NCBI GenBank assembly: GCA_037447605.1
Contig: CM074822.1
Location: 1,449,492-1,513,491 of the forward strand
DNA from: Zygnema circumcarinatum SAG 698-1b
Lineage: Eukaryota > Plantae > Zygnematophyceae
Direction of reading: 5' to 3'
Length of the DNA: 64,000 bases
In this document: positions 16,583-29,444 of the stretch, in pieces
Numbering within the stretch: position 1 is the stretch's first letter
Layout of the letters: every line of letters starts with the position of its first letter
Made by a program: the position numbers and the translations under genes
Notes under the pieces: model-generated
Databases searched by the model: none
Told to the model about the DNA's origin: nothing
Seen by the model: only the letters and a program-made list of their open reading frames with translations

Positions 16583-18392
16583 TCTCGATCGACCGTAAAT
16601 TGTCGACAAGTTTCATGTTTATAGATGGATTTTTTTAGCTTTTGTGGGTTGGAATTGGAGTCGAAAGGAGAGGAGGGGGTATTTATATTTGGAGGGATTG
16701 TACTATATATTTGATATGGCCGTCTCGGAATTTTGGCTACTTTGTAATATGGAGAGGAGACGGAAGAGAAAGGAATACATTTTTGGGGGACATGATTATT
16801 TTCAACAATTTCCCTCTACTATATCAGCTATAAGCACCCGATTTGGGAGTACAAATTTCGGGAGAGCGGTTATCTCCTGTGCTAAGCAGGTGAGAGACAA
16901 TTGCCATTTGTCTCCCTCTCTCCCTTGTCCTCTCCCACACTCCCTCCCTTTCTCCCCCAGGCCATGCACACCTCCCCTTCCCCCTTCCCCCNNNNNNNNN
17001 NCCCTCCCCTTTCTCCCTCCCCCTCTCCCTCTCCCTCTCCCTCCCCCTGATACCTGACACTCTCTTGCTGCTTGCAGGATGCATTTTCATGTAATGTAAC
17101 AAGAGTCGTCCCCCCCCATCACTTGTGAAAGGATTCCCCTTCTCACTCTCTCTCCCTCTCTCACTCTTCTGTAGCAGAGCGAGTCGAAGATGAGAACATC
17201 AGGCGTACGAAACATACCCGATACGTCACGTCACGTCACGTAACCCATTTTTTCCTCCGCATGGTCTGAAAGATGTCTCCCTTTCTCATTGAGAGTGAAG
17301 CGCGCATGTCTCGCCACGTGTCATTGTCGCAGCGTGCGGAGGGGGCCAATAGAGGGTTAACAGTTGGGTCTTCTTTTTGGAAATAAGTAATAAATGGCGC
17401 TCGGTAATAGAAAAAATCTTTGACTGCTTATGTGGGATCAGGAAGAAAAAAGATTTGTTTGTTCTTGTTGAGAATTATCTTTTCTTTCCGCTTTAGTTTT
17501 TTATCGTTTCTATAGGTTCACTCGAGGAAACCACGAGGAATTTGGGCATGGTGCCAATTTTCTTATGGGTTCAATGTTATGTCATGTCATGTCATGTCAC
17601 GTCGACTTGACGTGACGTGACATGTCAATAGAAGGTAGGCTGGCTGCTTTGTACATTAGGGCTTAGGGTGGCATGCAAGCAAGCTTCATCAGGATCTTTT
17701 AAGAGGAAAATGGACTTCTGTTTTTGGGAGATGTTCGGAATGAAAATATAAGTGGAGAGTGTTCTCACAATCAGAGACAAGGTAATTTGCATTTCTGTAT
17801 ATATATATATATTCTTTGTGAACAGCCCACTATATTTCCAGCAAAAGGTTCAGGTCAGGCAGGAATTTCTATGGGCTACGTTAATCGATTGTTATATCCG
17901 CACTGAAGATGATGCACAGTGCAAGTAAAACTCAAAACATAAAGACTCCGGCATAGCGAAGATAGAATAGAATAAAACAGCACTGAACATATACAAAAGC
18001 AAGTTGACTAAACGTTTACACCTTTCCATGGAAGAAAATTGCTTTTTCCCCTCCTTGCATCGACAGATCTGTCGTTCAACTGCCTGACCGATTCACTGAT
18101 TTCTGATTGAATGAATGATAGAATGAAAAAACTCTTGACCTTTCTACAATGAACAAACAAAAACAACCGCTCTAATTGCTTCACTACACCAGCAACCCTC
18201 ACACTTTCCTCCCGCATGCCTCCCTCTCTCTCACTCACTCTCTCCCCCCTCTGCTACTCCCCTACCCCCCTCTCCACCTCACACTTTCCTCCCCTCCTCC
18301 CTCCTCTCCCCCTCTCCCCCTCTCCCCCTCTCCCTCCACTCTCTCTCGACAGTGGAGAGAGGGATCACCCAAACATGAAATCCGAGTCCGAG

Positions 18393-19948
18393 TTAGAGTC
18401 CGGGAAGCGACCCCAAAGTTTCGTCCCACGAAGTGAGAAGAGAAACCACGCGCGGGAAACGCTCTCTTAGATTTTGCGACTCCCCCTGTCTATCCCCCAA
18501 AATATTGCAAAAATGGACCTTCTCCTCCTCCCTCCCCCCCCCCTCCCCTCTCCCTCCTCCCTGCTGCCCCCCTTCAGCCCCTCCACTCCCCATTTCTATG
18601 TTCCCCATTTCTCTCAGTATCAGTCCCGGAGGTCCTCCACATATATGGGAACCATTTCGGTCATATTTTACAAAGGCCATAGAAGCTTTCCATCCTCCAC
18701 TCTCTATCTCTCTCACATCTCCCTCTAAGCTGACTATGGTTTCGCATCCTCCAAACATGTTTTTGGCTAACTCCTCTACTGCTCCTTCACTTGTCACTCT
18801 CGGCCAAATTAGGCTGAATGGAGCATCTTCCCTTGGTAAAGGCAGCTCAGAAATTTCCCTCCCTTGAGAGCGAAAGTGGGTTTCTTCCCTATTCACATGT
18901 GGCATTTGAAGGTTTTGTAACTCCCTCATTTGGAGATCAGTATTGAGAGTAGACTGACTTAGACTGGCTAAGGTCTTACGACTATCCCCACTCACATTAC
19001 ACCCTAAGGATTCCTCTCCCACTCCTCCAACTGCTCCTCTCTCTCTCTCTCCTGTCTCTCTCCCCTGCTGAATCAAACTCTTCTCTCGTGAAGTTCCGTC
19101 TTGCTCTCCCATCTCTCTACCGCCGCCCCCTCCATGAGACCATCTCTCACTCCCACTCCCTCCTCCTCCCACTCCCCTTCCACCTCTCACTGCTGTCTTC
19201 TTCTGCTTAGAGAGGAGAATCTCTTGCAGCCTGAGAGCCAAAGCACTTGGTGGAACTCCATTCTCGTGGTTAACCATACTCTCCATGCTTTTTTCAACTG
19301 ATTGTTCACGAGTTGGGGGAATCCCTACATCCCTAATCCATGGACTATTCATACATTTTGGAGCTCCAATAGGGGGCCTCCCTCCCCCCCACCCTCCTCC
19401 TCCTCCTCCTCCTCCTTCTCCTCCTCCTCCTCCCCCCCACCCTCCTCCTCCTCCTCCTCCTTCTCCTCCTCCTCCTCCAGTATTACTCCAAAGTGAATGC
19501 AAATCCTCTCTACTCCTCTGCATCTCTCGAAAGTGGGAGGTAGTCTCTCCCTCTTCGGGATCAGGACTCCGACAATTATCATCAAATGTGCACTGAAATG
19601 TTCCACTGGATGATGATGATAATGAGGGAGAGCTTGGGAGAGTGGCTACCGATGGACTACTCACTGCCAATAGTGGCTCTACCACAGAGGGAGAAGATCG
19701 ATATATGATGACTTCAGTTTCTTGTCTGGGAGGGGGGGTGGGATGGTTATGCTTTCCGTCATATGTGACTCTTATGAAGGAGGAGACTTCAAGCGTACGA
19801 TCGACAGTTTTTTTCGCCGTACAACCTTCCCTTTTTTTGGCACAAGAGTAGTAGGCCCTGTAGGGAAAAGAGGAAAAGAAAGGGATGAGAGTAGGAATGG
19901 AGGGCAAGCAGAAATGTGAAGAGGGAGAGAGAGAGCGAGAGAGAGAGA

Positions 19949-20042
<94 letters not shown>

Positions 20043-20952
20043 TGATGTTCGAGCTACTAGGAACACATACCTGTTGTATGGCATATCCTTTAGAGGTTTC
20101 TGCCCATATTTCCGCCATTGATGGCCGTCCTCCGGAGTCGGCATTTCGTCTGCTTTACGGACTTGCCTTTGCCTGCAAAACGTCAAAAAAAACAAAAAAA
20201 AACGAAAAAAAACACATTCAAAATGTTCTCCAATCTGCATTCCTTCCAAAGCCTCCGTGAAAGGGATCTGATGGAATCACTGTAATGCAAGTGGGTCAAG
20301 AAAAGACATATAAACGAAAAGGAGAGGTAGAGCGAGAGAGGGAGGGCATGGAGGGAGGGAGAGGGGAAGGGAAAGGGGGAGGGAGAGGGAGAGGGAGAGG
20401 GGGAGGGAGAAGGGAAGGGGGAGGGGGAGGAGGAGGGAGAGGAAGATGAAGAAGGAGAGGGAGAGGGAGAGGAAGATAGAGCGGGAGAGGGAGAGGGGGA
20501 GGGAAAAGGGAAGGGGGAGGGGGAGGGGGAGGGAGAGGAAGATGAAGGAGAGGGAGAGGGAGAGGGAGAGGGACAGGGAGAGGGCGAGGGCGAGAAAGCG
20601 GGAGTGGGAGTAAGAGAGAAAGAACGAGAGGGAGGGCGAGGGAGTGGGATAGGGAGAGGGAGGAAGATGGAGAGGAAGAGAAAGAGGGGGAGGGAGGAAG
20701 ATGGAGAGGGAAAGGAACAGGGACAGAGAGAGAGAGAGTGGGAGAGAAAGAGAAGGGAAATCGTCTAGAAACGCACCGTTTGGGAGGGCTTGTCGGAGAG
20801 GTCCCCTCCCTCTTGCCCCCATTAGCATTCGTTTGTCCTTTGTGCGGCGATGAAACGAAAGGAGGAACTTCCAGGAGCAGTTTGCTGTCAAGGGCCGGAA
20901 AGTTCCAGGAACGTTCCGCCGCTGATTGGGGCGGTGCAGTATCGGTCGCCAT
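18393..20952 (-). CDS. Single-domain WRKY transcription factor; exons 20952-20777, 20172-20071, 19857-18393
   Basis: EDGHQWRKYGQKPLKDMPYNR|AYYSCAKKREGCTAKKTVDRTLEVSSFIRVTYDGKHNH, with the phase-2 R-type intron at the conserved position. The first exon (MATDTAPPQ...SPPKR) is inferred from phase-2 donor compatibility and is less certain. Confidence 0.9.
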
Positions 20953-23226
20953 TCCTTTCGCACCGACCTGCGCATGGAAACAAACCAGACCGAGTTAAAG
21001 GAGGAGCAACAATTATCATTCACATTCAATTCTCCCTTTCTCTCTCCTTCTCTCTCTCTCTCACTCTCCCCCTCTCCCTCTCTCTTCCTCTTTCTCCCTC
21101 TCTCTCTCTCTCTCCCTTTTTTCCTCTCTCGTTCTGACTCACCCCCTCTCTGTCTTTCACAATCCTTCGTTCACACCATCCACCTCTCTCCCTCAAATCC
21201 TTCACGCTCCCTCCCATCACTCTCTGAATCTCTCCTACCGTCCCAACACACTCTCCACAACCTCTCTCTTCTCTGTCTAACACTCTCTCCGTCTCTCTCT
21301 CTCCCATCATAATTTCTCCCGACCTGACTCTCACTTCTCACAACACTCCTGTCATCCGCCACCATCCTCGCTTCACCCTCTCTCTTCCACCCACCTCCCT
21401 CCCTCACCTCCTTCCCTCCTCTCTCTTCCACCTCCCCCCTCCCCATCTTACCGCTCTCTCTCTTTCCCTCCCTCTCCCTCCCACTCTCTCTCTCCTCTAT
21501 CTTCTCTTCCCTCCTCCCTCCCTCTCTCCAGCTCTCTTTTTCTCCCCTCCTCCCCCCCTCTCTCCAGCTCCCTCTTTCTCCCCTCCTCCCCTCCTCATCC
21601 TCCCTCCCTTCCTCCCTCCCTCTCTCCTGCTCCCCCCATCTCTCTCCATCCCTCTCTCCTGCTCCCCCCCTCTCCCTCCCTCCATCTCTCCCTACCTCTC
21701 TCCTGCTCCCCCCTTTTCTCTCCATCCCTCCCTCGCTCCCTCCCTCCCTCCCTCCCTCCCTCCCTCCCTCCCTTCCTCCCACCCTCCCTCTCTCCAGCTC
21801 CCCCTCTTCCTNNNNNNNNNNACTCTCTCCCTCCTCCTCCCACCCTGTCTCCAGCTCCCCCCCTCTTTCTCTCCCTCCCCTCCTCCCTCCCTCACTCCAG
21901 CTCCCCCCCTATCTCTCCCTCCCCTCCCTTCCTCTCTCCAGCTCCCCCTTCTCTCTCCCTACCCTCCCTCCCTCGCTCCTGCTCCCCCCTCTTCCTCCCT
22001 CCCTCGCTCCCTCTCTCCCACGCACCTGCAAGCCTCCTCCGCTCCGCCCTGCTCCCTCTCCCTCTCCCTCTCCCTCACGCCCTATACGCCTGCCCTCCGC
22101 CCCTGCACGCGCTGGCTGACCACCTCACTACCCGCTTTAACCAAAGCTTTAACCACGCGCCTCGCCTCCCTCCCTCCCTCGAGAGTCGAGGCCGCTCTTA
22201 TGCCCTGCGCTGCCTTCACGGCCACGTCACTGATCGGTACGTGTGAAAGAACGCACACATTGGCCGGAGCCCCGGAATTTGCGGCTGAAAGCCTTGGGGC
22301 CAACACGTGGCAGGGCTTGAGTGGGCGAGGGATTGTTGCACGTGCGCTGGGGAGCTCTGATTGGAGGAAATTTTTTAGGTCAAACCCGGGGAAGGGTCCA
22401 CGGGCGGGTCAACACGGAGGAAAGCGCGTTGCGGGTCCGGTGGTGGATGAAGGAAGATCCGGTAGGAGGAAAAAGATGTTTGGCGAGAGTTGTGGCGGCA
22501 GAAAACGTTTGATTTGGCTGTCCAGCGCGTTCTGATTGGATGATGGGACGATATTTTCTGTTAGATTGTTTCAGGTCTGAGCTACCCGAATATAACGGGC
22601 AGTGGGCAGACGAATACAAATTAAATTGACGTGTCGGCAGGTCCCGCCCGAGAGCTGAGCTAACGCGGCGGAGAATTTTTACCGAGAAGGGCAAGATGGG
22701 CAGACCAAAAATGTTTTCACGGTCACTTTCTCAAACGTTTTTTGGAAGTATTTTTCATCGGGCAGATCCACGAGAGCCGTCGATGTGACAAACATGGAAT
22801 CGCAGCCGTAACTACTCATTTTGAGAGCAGAATGTAATTCTTTTTGAAGTAAACTGCAAACTGCCCGAAAAAAGCTTGGACTCGCCACGCTGGATTTTGG
22901 CGTTTCTTGCCTTCTCGGACCAGGCCGCAAATTTCCTGTACAAATTTACACGTGTGACGGAAGCACATCATTCGTCAAAAGAGCACATTTTCAACATTCA
23001 GCATGGAGATGGCATATTCCAGTTCGCAGTTGCACTTGACTGGTCAACGCCCTTATTTTCAACTAATTTCCATGTCCTCAGTTTCAAATACCGTGATTTT
23101 GACTCCGTATGGAAATTGTTACAATTACCGTACAACACGCCTTCACACTATCTGAACGGGTCCAGAGTTTGACTTTACCGAAAATCCAAACAGGTTGAGA
23201 AAATGAGAGACGAGTTTACCTAAGGG

Positions 23227-23572
23227 TAGGGATGGATTAATTACGACTATATAATATATATTATATTATACAACTGTGACGACTAGATAACGGCTGATAT
23301 ATATTACTTTACAACGCCTTTACAACATGTACGGTCGTACGGTCGTACGGTCCGTCTACGAACCAGACGGACGCATTTCGCAACGCCAACGCCAAAACGA
23401 CCTAATTTTGGAATGGTACGACCGTACGACCTTACTCGTACGGTCGTCAATTGTTCAAAACGAGTGGGTATAATATATGTAATAAAGTGTTTTACTTTGT
23501 AATACATTACTAATTTTAAACCCGTTGTAAAATATATAATGTATTCGGAATTTATAACGCGGGCCATCCCTA
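23227..23572 (+). mobile_element. hAT-like MITE, family A (TIR TAGGGATGG...CCATCCCTA)
   Basis: 9-bp TIRs, near-perfect 8-bp TSD (cctaaggg / cttaaggg), no coding capacity, multicopy in the window. Confidence 0.85.
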
Positions 23573-24318
23573 CTTAAGGGTACAGTAGTGTGAAATCCAC
23601 CCCTTCTTTCGATCGACACACCCCTTTTCCGCCGGGCAGATTTTAGAAAAATCAAAAACGGCAAATGCTTTTTTCACACCTTTTAGAATCGGTACAACAC
23701 CTTTTTCTGTCGGGCAGGTTTTATTCTACAAAAAAAAGGTCGAAACCCTAAAGTATAGGAGAATGCTACTGCACCCCCCTATTTTGACTTTTGCACCCCC
23801 CTTTTTGCAAAAATGGGCAGGTATGGTTATTCTTAGTATGTGTCCTTTAAATCCTTGGAAACTTTGTGGGCCGCCCGGCTTAGGCTTTTAACTGTGTGCT
23901 CTCTTTATGTAGGGAAATGGGCCCACAATGTTGGTACAAAAGTGTATATATATTCACCCTGTGAAACATAATCTGTGTTCATCGTGAGTTCAATGCCATT
24001 TTCCCCCTTTTTTAATCTGTGTTCAAGGAGTCGATTCGTAACCAAAGAGTGGACAGTTATTTGTTGTTGTAAATGCAAGCGTTATGTTCTAGAGGACGTA
24101 TGGTTAGCCCTATGCCTATGGGTCTATGGCTTACCCTGGCGATGGCCATGCTCAATGTGAAACCATGCCCATGGCCTTGCTCAAAGTGAAATCATGCCTG
24201 TTGATGTATAGGGCACATCAAGGTGTTGGTATTTAGTTCCTCGCATGAATGTTGTCCGGGACATCAATGTGTTGGTATAGGGACAACGTCCATGCATGGA
24301 TGGTCATGNNNNNNNNNN

Positions 24319-24511
24319 AACGCCAAAACGACCTAATTTTGGTATGGTACGACCGTACGACCGTGCGAGTACGGTCGTACGGTCGTTAATTGTTCAAAAC
24401 GGGTGGGTATAATATATGTAATAAAGTGTTTTACTTTGTACTATATCACTACTTTTAAACCCGTTGTAAAGTATATAATATAGTCGGACTTTATAACTCG
24501 GGCCATCCCTA
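24319..24511 (+). mobile_element. Family A MITE, right half (left part lost in gap)
   Basis: Homologous to ~23385-23572; ends CCATCCCTA. Confidence 0.8.
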
Positions 24512-25150
24512 GTCGCGACAGACTGGTTGCGTGCGTGACGTGACGCATGGTTCAGCAATGTCGATGGAGAGATTTGGAGATGTTGACGGTGAATGAGGAG
24601 GTGCCACGTGGACTGTTAGTGGGGTCCGTGGCTCTTACGAGGTCATCTGGTCAGAATTTGCGCGAGCGGCGGACATGCACGAGCGGGCGGCGGACGTGTA
24701 CGTCCAGGCAGTGGAACAATACGGAAGGCTGCTGTAGGTCGGTGCTGGCATAGGTTTTATGTGAGTGCGCGTACCTGGCCGTTGAACGGCATTGTCATTT
24801 GCTACTGCGCCTGTGACGTGACATTGGGTGGTCACGGTGTACAAGAGCAAGCTTGGCTCTCTCTTACTCACTCTTTATGTTATGCTACTCGACCCTTTGT
24901 ATTTAGGAAGAGTATGCGGAGGCGAGGCCTAGAGGAGTCCGGCCTTGTGTAGGAAGTGTTGGAGTGGGGGATTGATCCCCGCTGCTCCCGGCAACACCTC
25001 GTGTGTCACCCTCCACAGGAACTCGTGTTCCCACCGATGTAGACATTTCCACTCTTTCACTCTCAAGGCTCTATCTCAATTCACTCATCGCCCATAACTC
25101 ACAGAATGAACACTAGAGATAAGCACAGCGGAAATCAATTGAGAGAAGTT

Positions 25151-25290
25151 GTAACAAGCCTTGAGCTCCAAGCCCAAAACCTGCTAGAGACTAAGTCACA
25201 TGAATGTATAATGCTGGTTTCCAGAGTGTATGCAAATGCCGCATCTCTGTTACTCTTGCATACGCTCCACGCCCCTTATACGCTCCCCCC
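25151..25290 (+). repeat. Dispersed repeat also present at 32623-32765 and 33855-33997
   Basis: Shared gtaacaagccttgagc...cctgctagagactaagtcac...ccacgccccttatacgctcccccc. Confidence 0.75.
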
Positions 25291-26934
25291 GTCGAACCCT
25301 CTACCAGCGTGAGGGGCCGGGAGCAGGGCTAGCCAATAGCAAAATGCCATGTGGCCAACATTGGAAAAAGTCAACGACCTTTCATTGCCGCTAGCTGAGT
25401 CCAATANNNNNNNNNNGAACCACGCCGCACGAGATTGGATCGCGCGCCCTTGACGAACGCGACACGTCGCGCTGAAAAGTCGCCGACAGTCCGTACCAGC
25501 CGTACTGTTCGTACAGATGCGTACGGACCCGTACGCCTGAGCCGTATGGTTGTACGGAGGCTTTGTACGGCCGAACCGCACAATTAACTCCAGAATGCCG
25601 GCGGCATTATGGTAACGGTCTCCATGACGCGCAGGGCATCATGGTGTCTGTAGCGTCTAGTTCGCTACAGAAGTGTAGGAAAAAGCTCACGGCTCTAAAA
25701 TTCCTTTATAATAAAATGTCCTACCCACATGAAGTTCTCCCACTACTACAAGGTAAGTCCCTCTTACTCACTACTGTTGGTGCAAGGAGGGCCCGAGAGC
25801 AGACTTCAAGGAAGGGATAAATACATGCCCGGATGAAGCTCAAAACTTTCTTCATCTTCCACTTGGGCCACATACCGCTTCCTCCACAAACTGCCTTCCA
25901 TCCACCCCTTGCCAGGTGCGCACAGCGGAAAACTAAACGCGTCACCTACAAGAACACTTCAACTCCTCCATGGTCTCGGCTCCTCAAGTCCACGCTCCTC
26001 CAATGATCTCCTCGTGTGGAGCAACACACCGCCCATACAATGGCTGCCTCCACTCATCCACCACGTCAATCCAACACGAGGACTCACATGACAAATGATG
26101 CAGTAATAAGGAGAAAGCCCACGGCCATAAAACTCCTTAAACTCATGAGTGTAATACAAGCTCTTTGAGGAAATCTACATAGTCCCTTATGCTAGATTCT
26201 CCTCCTCACATGAACGCTATCCTATTCTCTGATAGCCTACACCCCGACTGCAGTAGCCAAGTACTTATTGCCTCCATGAACTCCTCCTCTACCTCAACAC
26301 ATGAGGGACACATCATCTAACTTCTTCATTAAAGCTTAGCATGATGAGAGCTAGTTCTCACGACCTTCATACACAAGGCCGGACTCCTCTACGCCTCAAC
26401 CTTTGCTTTCTCTTCCTAAAAAACCAACGACAGAGCAGCATTACATTCAGAGAGAGTTGAGCTTGAGTTAGTGAGTTGAGTTAGTTGAGTAGTGAGAGAG
26501 CCAAGCTTGCTCTCTCTTAANNNNNNNNNNATCTAAGTCAAAGCCGCAAACCTACGACCCTAAACTATTCCTAGACCTGCCGTACCGTGCCCTAATGATA
26601 CGGGCACCCCCCATGTTCGGTCCTACACCAAACATGACCGTTCATGCATGACATTGTCCCTATACCAACACATTGATCTCCCGGACAACATTCATGCTAG
26701 GAACTAAGTACCAACACCTTGATGTACCCCATACATCAACAACTACCTCACGACACAAGTGAAGGCAGCCTGACAGCACGAGCAGGCACAGTTGAAGAGA
26801 CAGAACTAGTATGGTTATTTTCCCATAGTAAAACTATGCACTATATAATATGGCACCCGTGACGTGACACACATGTCACGTCGCGTCCGCCATTGCAAAC
26901 CCATGCACCGAGTCTCAGTGGGCGCACTCAGGAA

Positions 26935-27309
26935 TAGGGATGGATTAGTTACGACTATATAATATATATTATATTATACAACTGTGACGACTAGATAACG
27001 GCTGATATATATTACTTTACAACGCCTTTACAACATGTACGAGCGTACAGTCGTAAAACTGTACGGTATTATGCGGTGAAGACAGAGTGAACCAGACGGA
27101 CGCATTTCGCAACGCCAACGCCAAAACGACCTAACTTTGGTATGGTACAAGAGTACGACCATGCGAGTTTGGTCGTACGGTCGTTAATTGTTCAAAACGA
27201 GCGGGTATAATATATGTAATAAAGTGTTTTACTTTGTAATATATTACTAATTTTAAACCCGTTGTAAAGTATATAATATATTCGGAATTTATAACGCGGG
27301 CCATCCCTA
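26935..27309 (+). mobile_element. Family A MITE, full-length copy
   Basis: Both TIRs present and high similarity to 23227-23572; TSD degenerate. Confidence 0.85.
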
Positions 27310-29022
27310 CTCTCTAGGAAGGGAGGCGAGGCGCATGGTTAAGGCTTTGGTTAACGAGGGTAGCGAGGTGGTTAGCCAGCTCGTGCTGGGCCGGAGGGCA
27401 GGCGTGAAGGGCGGGAGGGGGAGCGGGAGAAGGAGCAGGGCGGAGTGGAGGAGACAGACACGTGCGTGGGAGAGAGGGAGGGAGGGAGAGGGGGAAGGAG
27501 AGAGAGGGGGGGAGCTGGAGAGAGGGATGGAGGGGAGAAAGGGAAGCTTGTGGNNNNNNNNNNCCTCCTCTCCCACCTGCTGTCAGCATGAACCACACCA
27601 AGCGACAATTTTATACCATTCGATCTGCCACGTGGCCGCCTCCTAAATTTAAGGCAATCATTCTACGCCGTTCGATCTGCCACGTGGCCGCCCGATCTCT
27701 TCCCATCCCTTAGGCTGCGCTCGGCCAAGTGCTCTCAAAGTCCCAACTCAATATCTCGTGCTTTGTATTCGGCGCTGATCCTTGTGAAGCCAACGTAAGC
27801 ATTGTCGGCCCGCACACATGCGGTATGGCGTGATTAGCACTTAACACTTGGCGCAAAGCGCCGCACCGAGTGCGTCAGTAGGCGAGGTTCCGCGGGTTTG
27901 ATACCTCGGAGGCGAGGTATACACTCCATAGTTCAAAGAAGAAGAGCGCGTCGTACTCAATCAAGCATACCAGCATTGGAAAAAATCATGAGAAAGAGTT
28001 GTGGTTTTGAAGGTTGGCAGTTCTCTTAAAGACGATTTTCATACGCCGAAGCGTTTGCGAGGAGCTCTCCCAAGATCGACGTTTTTATTAAGGTGCTCGA
28101 AAGTGGTGCTGCACTTCCCAGGCTGAATGTAGAGTTGTGCGATTGTTATCCAAGATTTCCACCACTTGATGCGACGAAATAACCCAACTATGCATTTGAA
28201 GTAAGAAGGAAAAATGTGAACTATCGCCGGTCCGTGCATTGCTCTTTGGAAGTACAAAAGGAGAACTTAGATCTTTGAATAAAGCTTCTTGGCATCCCGC
28301 AGTCGCATTGTCTCGTAAAAGTTCGATTGGACTTTGATAGAGTCCGATTCCAGTAAGAGTCTTATTGTCTCTTGTTAGTTGCAATTTCAATGAATCGATC
28401 TCTGCTGAATATCGACGAAGTATTTTACTTGAAGAAGTAAAGGTCGGGTAGGGGAAGGCTTTAATTTTGGGGTACTAGTTCTTCAGGCTTACACTTTGAC
28501 GGTAAAAAACTTAAATCAGCGTGCAGTGCAGGGAAGAAGTTTAGATTAGGCATAAGATTGCCATAGTTTCTGCGAAATAAAGCAGAGACACGCAGCCAGG
28601 CTTAACCACACTGATGTATCGCGAAAGGTTCGAGCAACCGAGCACAAACTGTCCCAATTTTCTGGATGTTTAGGAAACCTCTCTCCCTTTTCGTCCCTTT
28701 CTTTCCTTTCGTTTTCTTCATCTTTCGCCTCTCTCCTCTATCTCTCCATCTCTCTCTCGCCCTCCCTCCCTCCCATCCTCACTCCCTCTGCATACTCGCC
28801 ATTAGGCCGCACATTAAGTATCCAACACATCCGCGTGTGAACAAACATTGCATTTGCTTGCAAAGGACAAGCTCCCTCATATCCGTTTGACAGCAGGCAG
28901 GCACACAGAAAAAAATGGTGGGTTCAGCACAAAATCGCACGAATAGAAGTCATAACCGGCATCAAGAATACTCCCACCGAGGACTTCCTAAATGCATCCG
29001 TCTAAAACAATCCAAAACATAC

Positions 29023-29444
29023 CTAGAAATGCTCCATAAACCTTCACTTCGCATAGAGTGAGGATATTGCGTAACGTCCGACCAAAGAGGAACACCTTTT
29101 GACGAAGGGGAAGCCATCACTTGTGGCGTTGAACACGAACTTGTTAGTGGGGTCGCACTCTGTGTTTCCTTCTCCATTCCAAGTGTCATTTTTAGCACCG
29201 ATCCACACCGTCACTCCATTCAACCGTCCTTGGGCGACATCTGTTCTCCCATACAACAAAACGGAGTTCACCGTTGCATTATGACGCAGGTCCACCTTCC
29301 ACCAACCTGGTGGCTCATTAGTGCTCGCGCATTTGTCGTAGTAGTCGTCCACAGCCCTTTTAGCAGTCCAGTACACTTGCGTAGTAGAACTCCAATACCA
29401 GTAAGTGCTCGCCTGAAATGCGGGCATATAGAGAGCCAGATTGT
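29023..29444 (-). pseudogene. FTP-A exon carrying a frameshifting 22-nt deletion
   Basis: Exon length is 422 (not 3n). Between GRY and LTLCEVKVYG only 8 nt remain versus 30 nt in FTP-B, giving ...GRYAISSLYAK*. Confidence 0.75.

Larger units (their letters stand above)
22010..27480. repeat. Nested inverted-repeat block: arms 22010-22170/27320-27480, 24216-24308/26633-26724, 24845-24951/26370-26512
   Basis: Diverged reverse-complement matches, e.g. gagcaagcttggctctctc vs gagagagccaagcttgctc and ttaaccaaagctttaaccacgcgcctcgcctccc vs gggaggcgaggcgcatggttaaggctttggttaa. Confidence 0.8.

Noticed and set aside
17400-18020. W-box (TTGACT) and ACGT-repeat motifs between PP2C and WRKY
   Set aside because: Short motifs at about chance frequency, located 3' of both genes
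20221-20283. Possible extra WRKY mini-exon (DSIRSLSRRLWKECRLENILN)
   Set aside because: An acceptor exists but I found no phase-compatible donor leaving a plausible intron
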